Shown piece after piece: positions 38,299-47,718 of a DNA stretch of 64,000 nucleotides (position 1 is the first letter of the stretch; each line of letters starts with the position of its first letter). Under the pieces are notes generated by a model. The model was not told where the DNA came from and did no database searches. It saw nothing but the letters and a program-made list of their open reading frames with translations. Origin of the DNA: a virus. The position numbers were made by a program, and so were the translations under genes. Location of the stretch: positions 847 through 64,846 of the IMG/VR virus record IMGVR_UViG_3300020442_002030; one strand, written 5' to 3'.

Positions 38299-39740
38299 TG
38301 AAGTTAGGAGTTTGTGTACCATATAGAAACAGAGAAGCTCATTTAAAAGAGTTTGTACCAAAAGTTGGAGCATATTTAGAATCCAAAGGTATAGATTATT
38401 GTATGTACTTTGCTCATCAAGTAGATGATAAGTTATTTAACAGAGGAGCAACGAAAAATGTAGCAGCTAAACATGCCTTTGAGGATGGATGTGATTACAT
38501 TGTATGGCATGATATAGATATGATACCAGAAGAGGGAACTGATTACTCTTTTCCTGAAAAAACTCCGATTCATATAGCAACAAATATATCTCAAATGAAT
38601 TACGAACTAAAATATCAAGAATATTTTGGTGGAGCAGTACTTTTTAACAAAGAACAAGTTGAAAGAACCAATGGATACTCAAATGATTATTGGGATTGGG
38701 GTATGGAGGATGATGATTTGTTTTGGAGATGTTATTTGGAAGGATATGCTAATGTAAGAGAAATAGAAATTGGTATAGAAAACTTTTTAAGGTTTAATGG
38801 TAGTACTTCAAAGGTAACAATACCAGTCGATAGGGGTATAGCACATCTAACATCCAAATCACATACAGTTTCAGTATTGGTAAAAGCAAATCAGCAAGAA
38901 GAAAAAGTTCCTATATGGTTGGTTGGTGATTGGGATAGAAGATTTTGTGAATATCCAATAATTAGAAGAGCTGGTTACGATTGGGGATTGAGTTATAACA
39001 ATAGTAGAGCATATACATCACTACTATGGAATCACAAAAAAGAAGCTCTATATCAATGGATGAAAAGATACGAAAATTATTGGAGTTGGATAACCCTATC
39101 AGTAGATGTTGAAAATAATAAAATACATTTTTACTTAAATGGAAATGAATCAGATGCAAGACATGGACATGGAACTCATTCACCACTTAGTTTTGATGGT
39201 AAACTAAAAAGATATGGTTCTGTACCATTTACATTAGGACACACAACTTCAGTTGGAGAAAGAGATGCTAGTAGGTTCTTTAGAGGTGATATAGCAAAAG
39301 TAATGTTATGGGATAGAAAGTTAGAAGCTGATGAAATCAAACAATTAACAAATAATATTCCATCAGATGGATTAAAACTCCACTACGAATTTAAAAATGG
39401 TGAAGCAAAAGATATTAGTGGTAATGATTATGATGGTGAAGTGAATACAATAACTACTGGAACGGAATTAATTAAATTATCACAACCACCAATCCCACAT
39501 CGTAGAGCTGGTAGAATGTTTTGTTTACCACACAAAGATGAGGGATTAATATCAGATGATAAAGGACAAGATAGGTGGGCTAAGGGAGAAACTACCGCAA
39601 GAAATGAAAGAAGATACGTTTTAGAAATGCAGCAAGGTAAGTGGGATTATAAATCTGATGGTATTAAACAATTAAAATATGAATTGGTTAGTATAGAGGA
39701 AATAAACCCGAATGCAAAAATGATAAATGTAAAGTTTTAA
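38298..39740 (+). CDS. GT7 glycosyltransferase with inserted LamG domain, paralog 2
   Basis: VPYRNRE, FNRGATKN, WHDIDMIP, YFGGA, GYSNDYWDWGMEDDD, LamG insert (FFRGDIAKVMLWD..KDISGND), then FCLPH...SDGIKQLKY. Confidence 0.85.
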   Translation: MKLGVCVPYRNREAHLKEFVPKVGAYLESKGIDYCMYFAHQVDDKLFNRGATKNVAAKHAFEDGCDYIVWHDIDMIPEEGTDYSFPEKTPIHIATNISQMNYELKYQEYFGGAVLFNKEQVERTNGYSNDYWDWGMEDDDLFWRCYLEGYANVREIEIGIENFLRFNGSTSKVTIPVDRGIAHLTSKSHTVSVLVKANQQEEKVPIWLVGDWDRRFCEYPIIRRAGYDWGLSYNNSRAYTSLLWNHKKEALYQWMKRYENYWSWITLSVDVENNKIHFYLNGNESDARHGHGTHSPLSFDGKLKRYGSVPFTLGHTTSVGERDASRFFRGDIAKVMLWDRKLEADEIKQLTNNIPSDGLKLHYEFKNGEAKDISGNDYDGEVNTITTGTELIKLSQPPIPHRRAGRMFCLPHKDEGLISDDKGQDRWAKGETTARNERRYVLEMQQGKWDYKSDGIKQLKYELVSIEEINPNAKMINVKF

Positions 39741-39753
39741 TATATATTAATAT

Positions 39754-41187
39754 ATGAGTGAAGAGAAATTAACGGAAGGATTAGACCTACACCACGAAAA
39801 TAAATGGTTTAGGGAAACTAAAAACAAATTAGATAAAGTTGGTTGTGGATTTTGTTTAGCTAAGTGGACACAAGTTACACTACAATTACAAACAGGGCAT
39901 ACACATTCATGCCACCATCCAAAAACACACAAAATACCTGTTACGGAAATATCAAGAAATCCATCAGCACTTCATAATACTCTTTTTAAGAAAAGAAGAA
40001 GAAAAGAAATGTTGGAAGGTAAAAGACCTAAAGAGTGTGATTATTGTTGGAATGTAGAAGATAATTCAAATCAATTTTCAGATAGGGTTTTTAAATCAAA
40101 TGAAAGTTGGTCAGCTCCTCATTATGAAGAAATTAAAAACTTAGATTGGAGAAGTGATTTTAATCCACGTTATGTAGAGGTTGCATTTTCTCATACTTGT
40201 AACTTTAAGTGTTCTTATTGTGGACCTGCTTATTCAACAACTTGGCAGCAAGAAGTTGAAAAGTTTGGGGGATATCCAACATCGGATAATTTTAACTCTA
40301 TAGAAAGACATATTCAAGAAGATAAATGGCCTCAAAAACAAACTGAACATAATCCATATGTAGAAGCATTTTGGAAATGGTGGCCAGATTTATATAGAGA
40401 TTTACACACATTTAGAATTACTGGAGGTGAACCACTTTTATCTAAAGATACTTGGAAGGTATTAGATTATATTATTGAAGAAAAGAATCCAAATAAAAAT
40501 CTTCAATTGGCAATCAACTCTAATTTAGGTATTGATGATAAATTGGTTGATAGATTTATTGATAAAATAAACAAAATTTGTGATGAGGATAGAGTTAAAG
40601 AATTTATTATCTTTACATCAGTTGATACTTGGGGTAAGCAAGCTGAATATATTAGAACAGGTTTGGAATTTAATAGATTTTGGGATAATATAAATAAGAT
40701 TCTTACAAAGTGTCCAAGAGTAAATGTAACAATCATGTCAACATACGGATGTTTATCAGTACCAAATTACAAAAAATTAATTGAAGGTGTTTATGATTTG
40801 AAAAAAACATATGGAAGTAGAGATAGGTATTGGGCATCAGCTGTATTTTTAGATTCATCATATCTAAGATATCCTTGGCATCAAAGTGTACAGATTTTAG
40901 ATGATAAATGGCATAATGAAGTTTTAGAGCAAGCTAAATTATTGTACTTTATGGGTGTTCCTATTTTCGACCACAACTATATAGGATATTCTGATATAGA
41001 AATACAAAAAGTAAAAAGAATACATGATTGGATGACAGCCGAAAAAGACCCAAAACATATAAAAACATCAATGCAAAACTTTTATAGATATTTTAACGCT
41101 CACGATAGAAGAAGAGATACAGATTTTATTTCAACTTTTCCTGAATTAGAATATTTTTACGAAAAATGTAAAAAATTATGCTTATAA
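39754..41187 (+). CDS. Radical SAM protein with N-terminal twitch/SPASM-like Cys cluster
   Basis: CNFKCSYC; ITGGEPLL; N-terminal CLAKW..SCHH..ECDYCW. Confidence 0.88.
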   Translation: MSEEKLTEGLDLHHENKWFRETKNKLDKVGCGFCLAKWTQVTLQLQTGHTHSCHHPKTHKIPVTEISRNPSALHNTLFKKRRRKEMLEGKRPKECDYCWNVEDNSNQFSDRVFKSNESWSAPHYEEIKNLDWRSDFNPRYVEVAFSHTCNFKCSYCGPAYSTTWQQEVEKFGGYPTSDNFNSIERHIQEDKWPQKQTEHNPYVEAFWKWWPDLYRDLHTFRITGGEPLLSKDTWKVLDYIIEEKNPNKNLQLAINSNLGIDDKLVDRFIDKINKICDEDRVKEFIIFTSVDTWGKQAEYIRTGLEFNRFWDNINKILTKCPRVNVTIMSTYGCLSVPNYKKLIEGVYDLKKTYGSRDRYWASAVFLDSSYLRYPWHQSVQILDDKWHNEVLEQAKLLYFMGVPIFDHNYIGYSDIEIQKVKRIHDWMTAEKDPKHIKTSMQNFYRYFNAHDRRRDTDFISTFPELEYFYEKCKKLCL

Positions 41188-41915
41188 AACATAGACAACC
41201 TTGGCACATAACTCAAAATAGAGTTTACGGATTTACTGATGTAAAAACCGCTGATACAATGCAAAATGATTATACATTTTATATTGATTATGAATTAAAA
41301 GTAGGTCCACCTACAGATAAAAACTTGTATAGTAAATCAATATTTGTAAGACCAGGAATGCATTATGGTTTGATAATGAAACCTGATATTTTTAAAATAG
41401 CATGGGAGTTTTGGACAGATTTGGATGGTGAAAAAAAATATTATGATGTTTCGTATGAAGCAGATGAAGAAACTTTCTATGATAATTACTTTGTAATTGT
41501 AAAACATTCTGTTAAACAAAAAACATTTACGATTTCAATAACAAATAAATCTATTGGAGTTAAAAAAACATTAGTGCAAGAATACGAAGGAACATTAGCT
41601 GATTACACACATGCTCCTTTTAACTTTGGTATAGCTAACTTTGATACACACATTCCAAGAGAACATATGGGATATTGTGAGTATGAATTACATGATGTTG
41701 GGTTGTTTACACAATTACATTCAGATATATCTGTATTAGATATGATAACTGCAAACAAAGGTTGTGGAAGAACTCCTAAGAAAATGTTAAGTAATCCTAT
41801 CTTTGTATTAAATATGGATGAAACTACATTATATAAAGTTTGGGATTTAAGTGGAAATTGCTTCTACTTAGATTACAATTTAGACCTAAGTAAAAAATTG
41901 AAAAAAGCAATATGA
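41178..41915 (+). CDS. Stand-alone ConA/LamG-like domain protein
   Basis: PFNFG..GYCEYELHDVGLF..VWDLSGN pattern similar to the GT7 inserts. Confidence 0.4.
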   Translation: MLIKHRQPWHITQNRVYGFTDVKTADTMQNDYTFYIDYELKVGPPTDKNLYSKSIFVRPGMHYGLIMKPDIFKIAWEFWTDLDGEKKYYDVSYEADEETFYDNYFVIVKHSVKQKTFTISITNKSIGVKKTLVQEYEGTLADYTHAPFNFGIANFDTHIPREHMGYCEYELHDVGLFTQLHSDISVLDMITANKGCGRTPKKMLSNPIFVLNMDETTLYKVWDLSGNCFYLDYNLDLSKKLKKAI

Positions 41916-42307
41916 AAAATGTATTATTTGATACTGTTTGTCCACATGGATATGTTGTGAATGGTTACAATAAAAACAAACTAATCAACGAATTTAAAAA
42001 ACACCAAAACAAAGTACATATTGATTTGGGTAATATGGATTATGTGTATCAGAATGAAAAAGGATACAATTGTTTTTTATTGTATGGTGATTGGAGACAA
42101 ATAGATAATAAAAAAGAATATCTATACATTATTGATTTAGATAACCCAAATGTAAAATTAAATAATATAAGTGATGCAATAATACGATTTCAAATAAATC
42201 ACTTGGTAAAATTTAGGATAATTAATAAATCCAAAAGAAAATTAACAGAAAAAGAACAATTTACACTTCGTAAAATACAAAATAATATTGAAGAGTATGC
42301 AATATGA
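41912..42307 (+). CDS. Hypothetical protein, possibly an N-terminal fragment of the GT10-like family
   Basis: 131 aa; MKNVLFDTVCPHGYVVNG resembles MKHYQVFDTYYNGCELPNG (49039). Confidence 0.45.
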   Translation: MKNVLFDTVCPHGYVVNGYNKNKLINEFKKHQNKVHIDLGNMDYVYQNEKGYNCFLLYGDWRQIDNKKEYLYIIDLDNPNVKLNNISDAIIRFQINHLVKFRIINKSKRKLTEKEQFTLRKIQNNIEEYAI

Positions 42308-43277
42308 TAAAATTTTAATAACAGGTGGAGCTGGATACTTAGGTTCGGTGATTACACAATCATTTTTTAACAGAGGTATGGTAGAAAAGCTTGTTATTTA
42401 TGATAACTTAATGTATAATCAAACATCATCGATGAATTTTGCTCATCAAAAGAACTTTGAGTTTGTGTATGGTGATGTTAGAGATAAGAAATTATTAAAA
42501 AAGTACGTTGATGAAGCTGATATTATCATTCCACTAGCGGCAATCGTTGGATTTCCTGCTTGTGAGAGGGATAAAGAGCTCGCAACTGCGGTGAACTATG
42601 AGCATGTAAGATATATTTGTGAATTAATTAAGGATACTGATAAAAAAATCGTATATCCTAACACAAATAGTGGTTACGGAATAGGAGAGGATGGTATTTG
42701 TACCGAAGATAGCCCGTTAAATCCGATATCTCATTATGGAATTACCAAAGTCAATGCCGAAAAAGAAGTTTTAGGTGTTGGTGGTATATCACTAAGATTG
42801 GCAACAGTCTTTGGTTCATCAATGAGAATGAGGATGGACTTATTGGTAAATGAATTTGTGTATAAAGCACTAACTGATAAGTACATCACCATTTTCGAAA
42901 AAGATTTCGTAAGAAATTACATACACATCAGAGATGTAGCACACACTTTTATGTTTATGTTAGAAAGATATGAAAAATATAGTGGAGAAATCTTCAATGT
43001 AGGATTATCAAAAGCTAATTTATCAAAAGAGCAATTAGTAGAACTTATAAAAACATATATTTCTGATTTTGCAATCACATATTCTGATTTCTATCAAGAT
43101 CCTGATAAAAGAAACTACATAGTTAGTAACGAAAAATTAGAAAAAACTGGATGGGTCTCTATGTATAGTTTAGAAGATGGTATAGAAGAGTTGATAAAAA
43201 CATATTCTGTACTAATATCAGATTTAAGTTCAAAATATAGAAATGGATTCCCTTTAGGTTATGGCAATAGGACGTAG
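42297..43277 (+). CDS. NAD-dependent sugar epimerase/dehydratase (extended SDR)
   Basis: TGGAGYLGS; LAAIVG; YGITK; LRLATVFG. ATG 42297 is preferred over TTG 42288. Confidence 0.88.
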   Translation: MQYDKILITGGAGYLGSVITQSFFNRGMVEKLVIYDNLMYNQTSSMNFAHQKNFEFVYGDVRDKKLLKKYVDEADIIIPLAAIVGFPACERDKELATAVNYEHVRYICELIKDTDKKIVYPNTNSGYGIGEDGICTEDSPLNPISHYGITKVNAEKEVLGVGGISLRLATVFGSSMRMRMDLLVNEFVYKALTDKYITIFEKDFVRNYIHIRDVAHTFMFMLERYEKYSGEIFNVGLSKANLSKEQLVELIKTYISDFAITYSDFYQDPDKRNYIVSNEKLEKTGWVSMYSLEDGIEELIKTYSVLISDLSSKYRNGFPLGYGNRT

Positions 43278-43866
43278 TATATATTATAAAGAAAGAAGCT
43301 GGAACGATTTCCACATTTATTCATCAAAAATCTTAACTGGTGGAGTAAAAATCATACAACCATCTGTATATCACGAGCAGAGAGGTGAAATATCAACAAC
43401 ATATCATTCAGATTACTATGATAGATTGATTCCTGTAGAAGAAAGAGAAAAAGGAGTACAATTTAAGCATGATAGGTATTCAAAATCAGAGGAAGGTGTA
43501 CTTAGGGGTTTACATTGGGATGATAAGACTTGGAAAATGGTATCTTGTCTGCATGGAAAGATATATTTGGTGGTTTTGGATGTAAGAGGTGGTAATACCA
43601 ACAGAAATCCACAATATGGTAGTTGGGAAACTTACATTTTATCACCATCAACACAAACACAAGTGTTAATACCACCAGGTTTTGCTAATGGACACTATGT
43701 GATGGAAAAAAACTCTATATTCTACTACAAATTAGCATATGAGGGTGAATTTGTAGATGTAGATAAACAAAAAACAATAAAATGGAATAGTAAAAAGTTC
43801 AATATAGAGTGGCCTTGTACTAATCCAATAATTTCTAAAAGAGATAGAAATGGAAAAAATTCTTAA
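43261..43866 (+). CDS. rmlC: dTDP-4-dehydrorhamnose 3,5-epimerase family
   Basis: SKSEEGVLRGLHW; GKIYLVVLDVR; IPPGFANGH; YYKL. Confidence 0.88.
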   Translation: MAIGRSIYYKERSWNDFHIYSSKILTGGVKIIQPSVYHEQRGEISTTYHSDYYDRLIPVEEREKGVQFKHDRYSKSEEGVLRGLHWDDKTWKMVSCLHGKIYLVVLDVRGGNTNRNPQYGSWETYILSPSTQTQVLIPPGFANGHYVMEKNSIFYYKLAYEGEFVDVDKQKTIKWNSKKFNIEWPCTNPIISKRDRNGKNS

Positions 43867-44491
43867 TTTAGATTATCACGAAGATAGATGGGTTGATGGT
43901 AACTGGTCAGCTCAAGACTTGATAGATTTTGAAGATGATATTATAAAACATTGGGAAAATGGAGAAATCAGAGGACCAATACACCTATCAAATGGTAATG
44001 AAAAACAACTAATAAAAATATTTGAAAAAGTGGGAGTAGATGATTGGGTATTCTCAACTTGGAGGTCTCACTACCACGCTTTGTTACATGGAGTAGAACC
44101 ATCTGTATTAAAACAGAAGATATTAGATGGTAAATCAATTACAATAGTAGATAAAAATTCAAAATTTTACTCATCAGCTATTGTGACTGGTACTTTACCG
44201 ATTGCACTTGGGGTTGCTAAATCAATTAAGTACAATGGTGGTAATGATAAGGTTTGGGTTTTCTTAGGAGATATGGCTTTTGAGAGTGGAATCTTCTATG
44301 AAGTTCACAAATATGCAAGAAATTATGATTTACCACTTCATTTTGTGGTAGAAGATAATGGTGTATCAACAAACACACCAACATTAGATACATGGAGTGG
44401 TATTCAGAGAGAAATACCAGAAGATGTAATTTATTATAAGTATGAATCAAAGTATCCGCATTATGGTACTGGTAAATGGGTAGTATTTTAA
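43850..44491 (+). CDS. TPP-dependent enzyme, E1-alpha-like subunit (short)
   Basis: GPIHLSNGNE, STWRSHYHAL, and a TPP motif GD-x28-N (GDMAFESG..VVEDN) with PDH E1-alpha spacing; 213 aa. Confidence 0.82.
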   Translation: MEKILNLDYHEDRWVDGNWSAQDLIDFEDDIIKHWENGEIRGPIHLSNGNEKQLIKIFEKVGVDDWVFSTWRSHYHALLHGVEPSVLKQKILDGKSITIVDKNSKFYSSAIVTGTLPIALGVAKSIKYNGGNDKVWVFLGDMAFESGIFYEVHKYARNYDLPLHFVVEDNGVSTNTPTLDTWSGIQREIPEDVIYYKYESKYPHYGTGKWVVF

Positions 44492-45444
44492 TGACAACAA
44501 AAGGGAGAATATTAGTTACAGGTTGTAGTGGTTTAGTTGGAACTCATTTAGTTCACAAACTATTAGATTATGGATACTCAGTTGTAGGTGTTGATTTAAA
44601 ATATTCAAAACAACTACCAGATGATGATAAATTTATATTTCAAAATGTAGATTTAAGAGATTCAGATGAAGTTAATGTATTATTTGACCATTATGAGTTT
44701 CATGGAGTCATAAATTCGTTTGGAATCAAAGGTTCACCTGTTAGAGCAAAAGAAAGACCTATTGATTTCTTAGAACCATCTATAAAAGTAAACACAAACA
44801 TTATTGATAACTCTGTAAAGTATAATTGTTGGTTAGTATTTATGAGTTCGGTTGGTGTTTACGAACCATCTGAAGTATTTGTAGAAGATACTGTTTGGAA
44901 AACACTTCCATCACCAAATGATTGGTTTCCATCTTGGAGTAAAAGAATACCTGAACTTTATTTAGAAGCTTATAAAGTACAAGAAGGTTACAATAGATAT
45001 ACAATCGTAAGACCAGCAAATATTTTTGGTGAATACGATAACTTTGGTGAAGGTGCAACTGTAATCGGAGCAACTTGTAGAAAGGTTTACGAATCAGATG
45101 GTGAAATTGAAGCATGGGGAGATGGAACACCAACGAGAGATTTCATATACGCTGGAGATGTTGCAGATGGTTGTATTAAATGTTACGAAGATAAGTTACA
45201 CATAACAACTAACTTAGGTAGTGGTGAAGAAATATCAATCAAAAGAATGATTGAAACAGTTTCTAAAGTTAGTGAGAAAGAAATAAAAATAAATTGGGAT
45301 ACTTCAAAACCAAATGGTGATATGAGAAGAAGAATGAGTACTAAAATACAAAAGGAATATAATCTATTACCAAAATTAGGATTTGAAGAGGGAATACGAA
45401 GAACATATAAGCATTATGAAAACATTCGATATAGTCATAGGTAA
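44491..45444 (+). CDS. GDP-L-fucose-synthase-like epimerase/reductase
   Basis: TGCSGLVG; RPANIFGEYDNF; WGDGTPTRDFIY; KPNGDMRR. ATG 44491 overlaps the upstream TAA. Confidence 0.8.
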   Translation: MTTKGRILVTGCSGLVGTHLVHKLLDYGYSVVGVDLKYSKQLPDDDKFIFQNVDLRDSDEVNVLFDHYEFHGVINSFGIKGSPVRAKERPIDFLEPSIKVNTNIIDNSVKYNCWLVFMSSVGVYEPSEVFVEDTVWKTLPSPNDWFPSWSKRIPELYLEAYKVQEGYNRYTIVRPANIFGEYDNFGEGATVIGATCRKVYESDGEIEAWGDGTPTRDFIYAGDVADGCIKCYEDKLHITTNLGSGEEISIKRMIETVSKVSEKEIKINWDTSKPNGDMRRRMSTKIQKEYNLLPKLGFEEGIRRTYKHYENIRYSHR

Positions 45445-46186
45445 TGGGTGTTCATTTACACAAGGAGGTGGATTAAATAATTATGAAATTCACAAATTCC
45501 TTACAGGAGTAGATGAAAAAGATATGACCAAATTAGATGCTTTTATGTTTAAAAATTCATATCCAGCTTTTTTAGGTAAATTACTAAATTGTAAATGGTA
45601 TAATAACTCTTTAAGTTGTGCATCAAACGATTTAATAATTCAAAGAGGAATGGATATAGTAAAACAATTTAGAAATAAAAAAATATTGATTATAAACCAA
45701 TTATCAATACCAGCTAGGTTGGGTGTAAGAAAGGGAAACAAATATATAAGTTTTAATAATACAGAAGGACAATTAGTTTATGATGTATCAAATGGAAATT
45801 TAAAAAACCCTAAATATAGAGACCATTCAAATTATTCAAAAAATGAGATAGATGATTTTTATAAAAAATATCTGTTAGATGTCTATGATGTATCAGCTCA
45901 TTGGAAAGGAATCCGATATATGATGGAACTATATAATGGATGGTGTGAAAAAAATAATGTTTTAAATTACTGGTTGTGTTATACTGATTACGAAGAAGTT
46001 CGTAATATAGATAGAATGATAAAACTACAACCAGAATCGGAACATACATATAAACAATCAATATGTGCTTGGTCTGATGAAAAAAGATATCAATTAAGAC
46101 ATATAAAAAATATTCCTGAGGATGATTCTCATTTATCAATCGAAGGACATAAAGAATTAGCAAATATTATATACAATACAATATGA
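45416..46186 (+). CDS. SGNH-fold protein, paralog 3
   Basis: NGCSFTQG; CASND; DDSHLSIEGH. ATG 45416 is preferred. Confidence 0.65.
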   Translation: MKTFDIVIGNGCSFTQGGGLNNYEIHKFLTGVDEKDMTKLDAFMFKNSYPAFLGKLLNCKWYNNSLSCASNDLIIQRGMDIVKQFRNKKILIINQLSIPARLGVRKGNKYISFNNTEGQLVYDVSNGNLKNPKYRDHSNYSKNEIDDFYKKYLLDVYDVSAHWKGIRYMMELYNGWCEKNNVLNYWLCYTDYEEVRNIDRMIKLQPESEHTYKQSICAWSDEKRYQLRHIKNIPEDDSHLSIEGHKELANIIYNTI

Positions 46187-47166
46187 AAAAGGAAGATAAA
46201 ATTTTAGTTACTGGAGCGGCGGGATTTATAGGTTCTCGTTTAATCAAAATGTTATACGAAAATGGTTACAAGAATCTACGGACAACATCATATAGTAGAA
46301 CTCTTAGAGAGTTGTATGATGGAGTGGAATTCATAAAGGGAAACTTACAAGATAGAACCTTTTGCGAGAGAGTTTCAAAAGATGTAGATGTGGTATTCCA
46401 TTGTGCAGCTAATACAAGCAACGCACTGGACACGAAGGTAAATCCCCTTCTCCACGTAACTCCTAATGTAGAGATGAATGTAAACCTTATGGAACAGAGT
46501 TGGAGAAACAAAGTTCGTAAGTTTATGTTTATTTCTTCAAATACAACTTATCCAGATGTAGGTGATGAGTATTGTACAGAAGATATGAATGTACAAACAC
46601 CAAACATCTATCCTGTATATAAAGCAGTAGGTTGGATGAAACGATATGGAGAAACACTTTGTGATTTCTTTTCAAATCAAATACACAATCCGATGCAGTG
46701 TATAATCATCAGACCTTCAAATGCATTCGGTCCGAATGATAAATACGATTTTGAAAAGTGTCACGTTACACCTGCTAATATTAGAAAAGTAGCAGATAAT
46801 TTGAATCCAATTCCACTATGGGGTGATGGTACTGAAGTAAGAGATGTAATTCACGTTGATGATATGGTAAGTGGTTTTATGAAAGTAGCTGAAGAAGTTG
46901 ATACTTATGATATCTACAATGTATGTTATGGTGAGGGGCATACTGTTATGGAAGTATTAGAACTTATCAAAGAATTAGAGGGGAACGACAATCCAATCGA
47001 ATTCGTAAACAACAAAGCCCCTATGATTCCTAAAAGATTATTATCAAATGAGAAACTGAGAAAGTTGGGATGGAAACCTAAATACGATTTAAGAAGTGGA
47101 TTAAAAGATGCACTTGAGTGGTACAAAGAACACCGAGATGAATATGACCCAAATTCAAAACCATAA
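46183..47166 (+). CDS. GDP-L-fucose-synthase-like epimerase/reductase, paralog 2
   Basis: TGAAGFIGS; RPSNAFGPNDKYD..CHVTPA; WGDGTEVRDVIHVDD. Confidence 0.8.
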   Translation: MKKEDKILVTGAAGFIGSRLIKMLYENGYKNLRTTSYSRTLRELYDGVEFIKGNLQDRTFCERVSKDVDVVFHCAANTSNALDTKVNPLLHVTPNVEMNVNLMEQSWRNKVRKFMFISSNTTYPDVGDEYCTEDMNVQTPNIYPVYKAVGWMKRYGETLCDFFSNQIHNPMQCIIIRPSNAFGPNDKYDFEKCHVTPANIRKVADNLNPIPLWGDGTEVRDVIHVDDMVSGFMKVAEEVDTYDIYNVCYGEGHTVMEVLELIKELEGNDNPIEFVNNKAPMIPKRLLSNEKLRKLGWKPKYDLRSGLKDALEWYKEHRDEYDPNSKP

Positions 47167-47169
47167 GTT

Positions 47170-47718
47170 ATGAGCAAACCAAAATTTACACCATATGTAG
47201 ATGCACTTACAGAAGCAATGAAACTTTGTATGGATAACCCATCTACAATTTTTATAGGACAACAAATTGTTTATTATGGAAACCCAATGAGTAAAACAAT
47301 TGAGGGATTGCCAAAAGAAAGAATGATTGAAACACCCGTTATGGAAGAAACACAAATGGGTATGAGTATGGGATTGGCTATGGCAGGTCATCAAGTGGTT
47401 ACCTTTTATCCAAGATGGGATTTCTTAATTCTTGCATGTAATCAATTGGTAAATCATTTGGATAAATTAGAGGCAATGTCTGATGGTGAATGGAAACCAA
47501 ATGTGATTGTAAGAGTTGGTAAAGGTTCAGATAAACCACTGGATCCTGGTCATCAACATAAAGCAGATTACACCGAACCATTTAAACAAATATTAACTAA
47601 TGCAACTGTGAACGAATTAAAAAATCCAAATGATATTTTACCTGCTTATAAAAAAGCACTAAGTGAAGGTGGAATACATATTTTAGTTGAATATCCTGAG
47701 TTGTATTATGCAGAATAA
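47170..47718 (+). CDS. TPP-dependent enzyme, E1-beta-like pyrimidine-binding domain only
   Basis: ETPVMEETQMGMSMGLAMAG; NQLVNH; PGHQH; 182 aa, no C-terminal transketolase domain. Confidence 0.8.
   Translation: MSKPKFTPYVDALTEAMKLCMDNPSTIFIGQQIVYYGNPMSKTIEGLPKERMIETPVMEETQMGMSMGLAMAGHQVVTFYPRWDFLILACNQLVNHLDKLEAMSDGEWKPNVIVRVGKGSDKPLDPGHQHKADYTEPFKQILTNATVNELKNPNDILPAYKKALSEGGIHILVEYPELYYAE

Noticed and set aside
43850-47718. Pyruvate dehydrogenase as an auxiliary metabolic gene
   Set aside because: Both subunits are truncated, no E2/E3 is present, and the context is entirely nucleotide-sugar enzymes.
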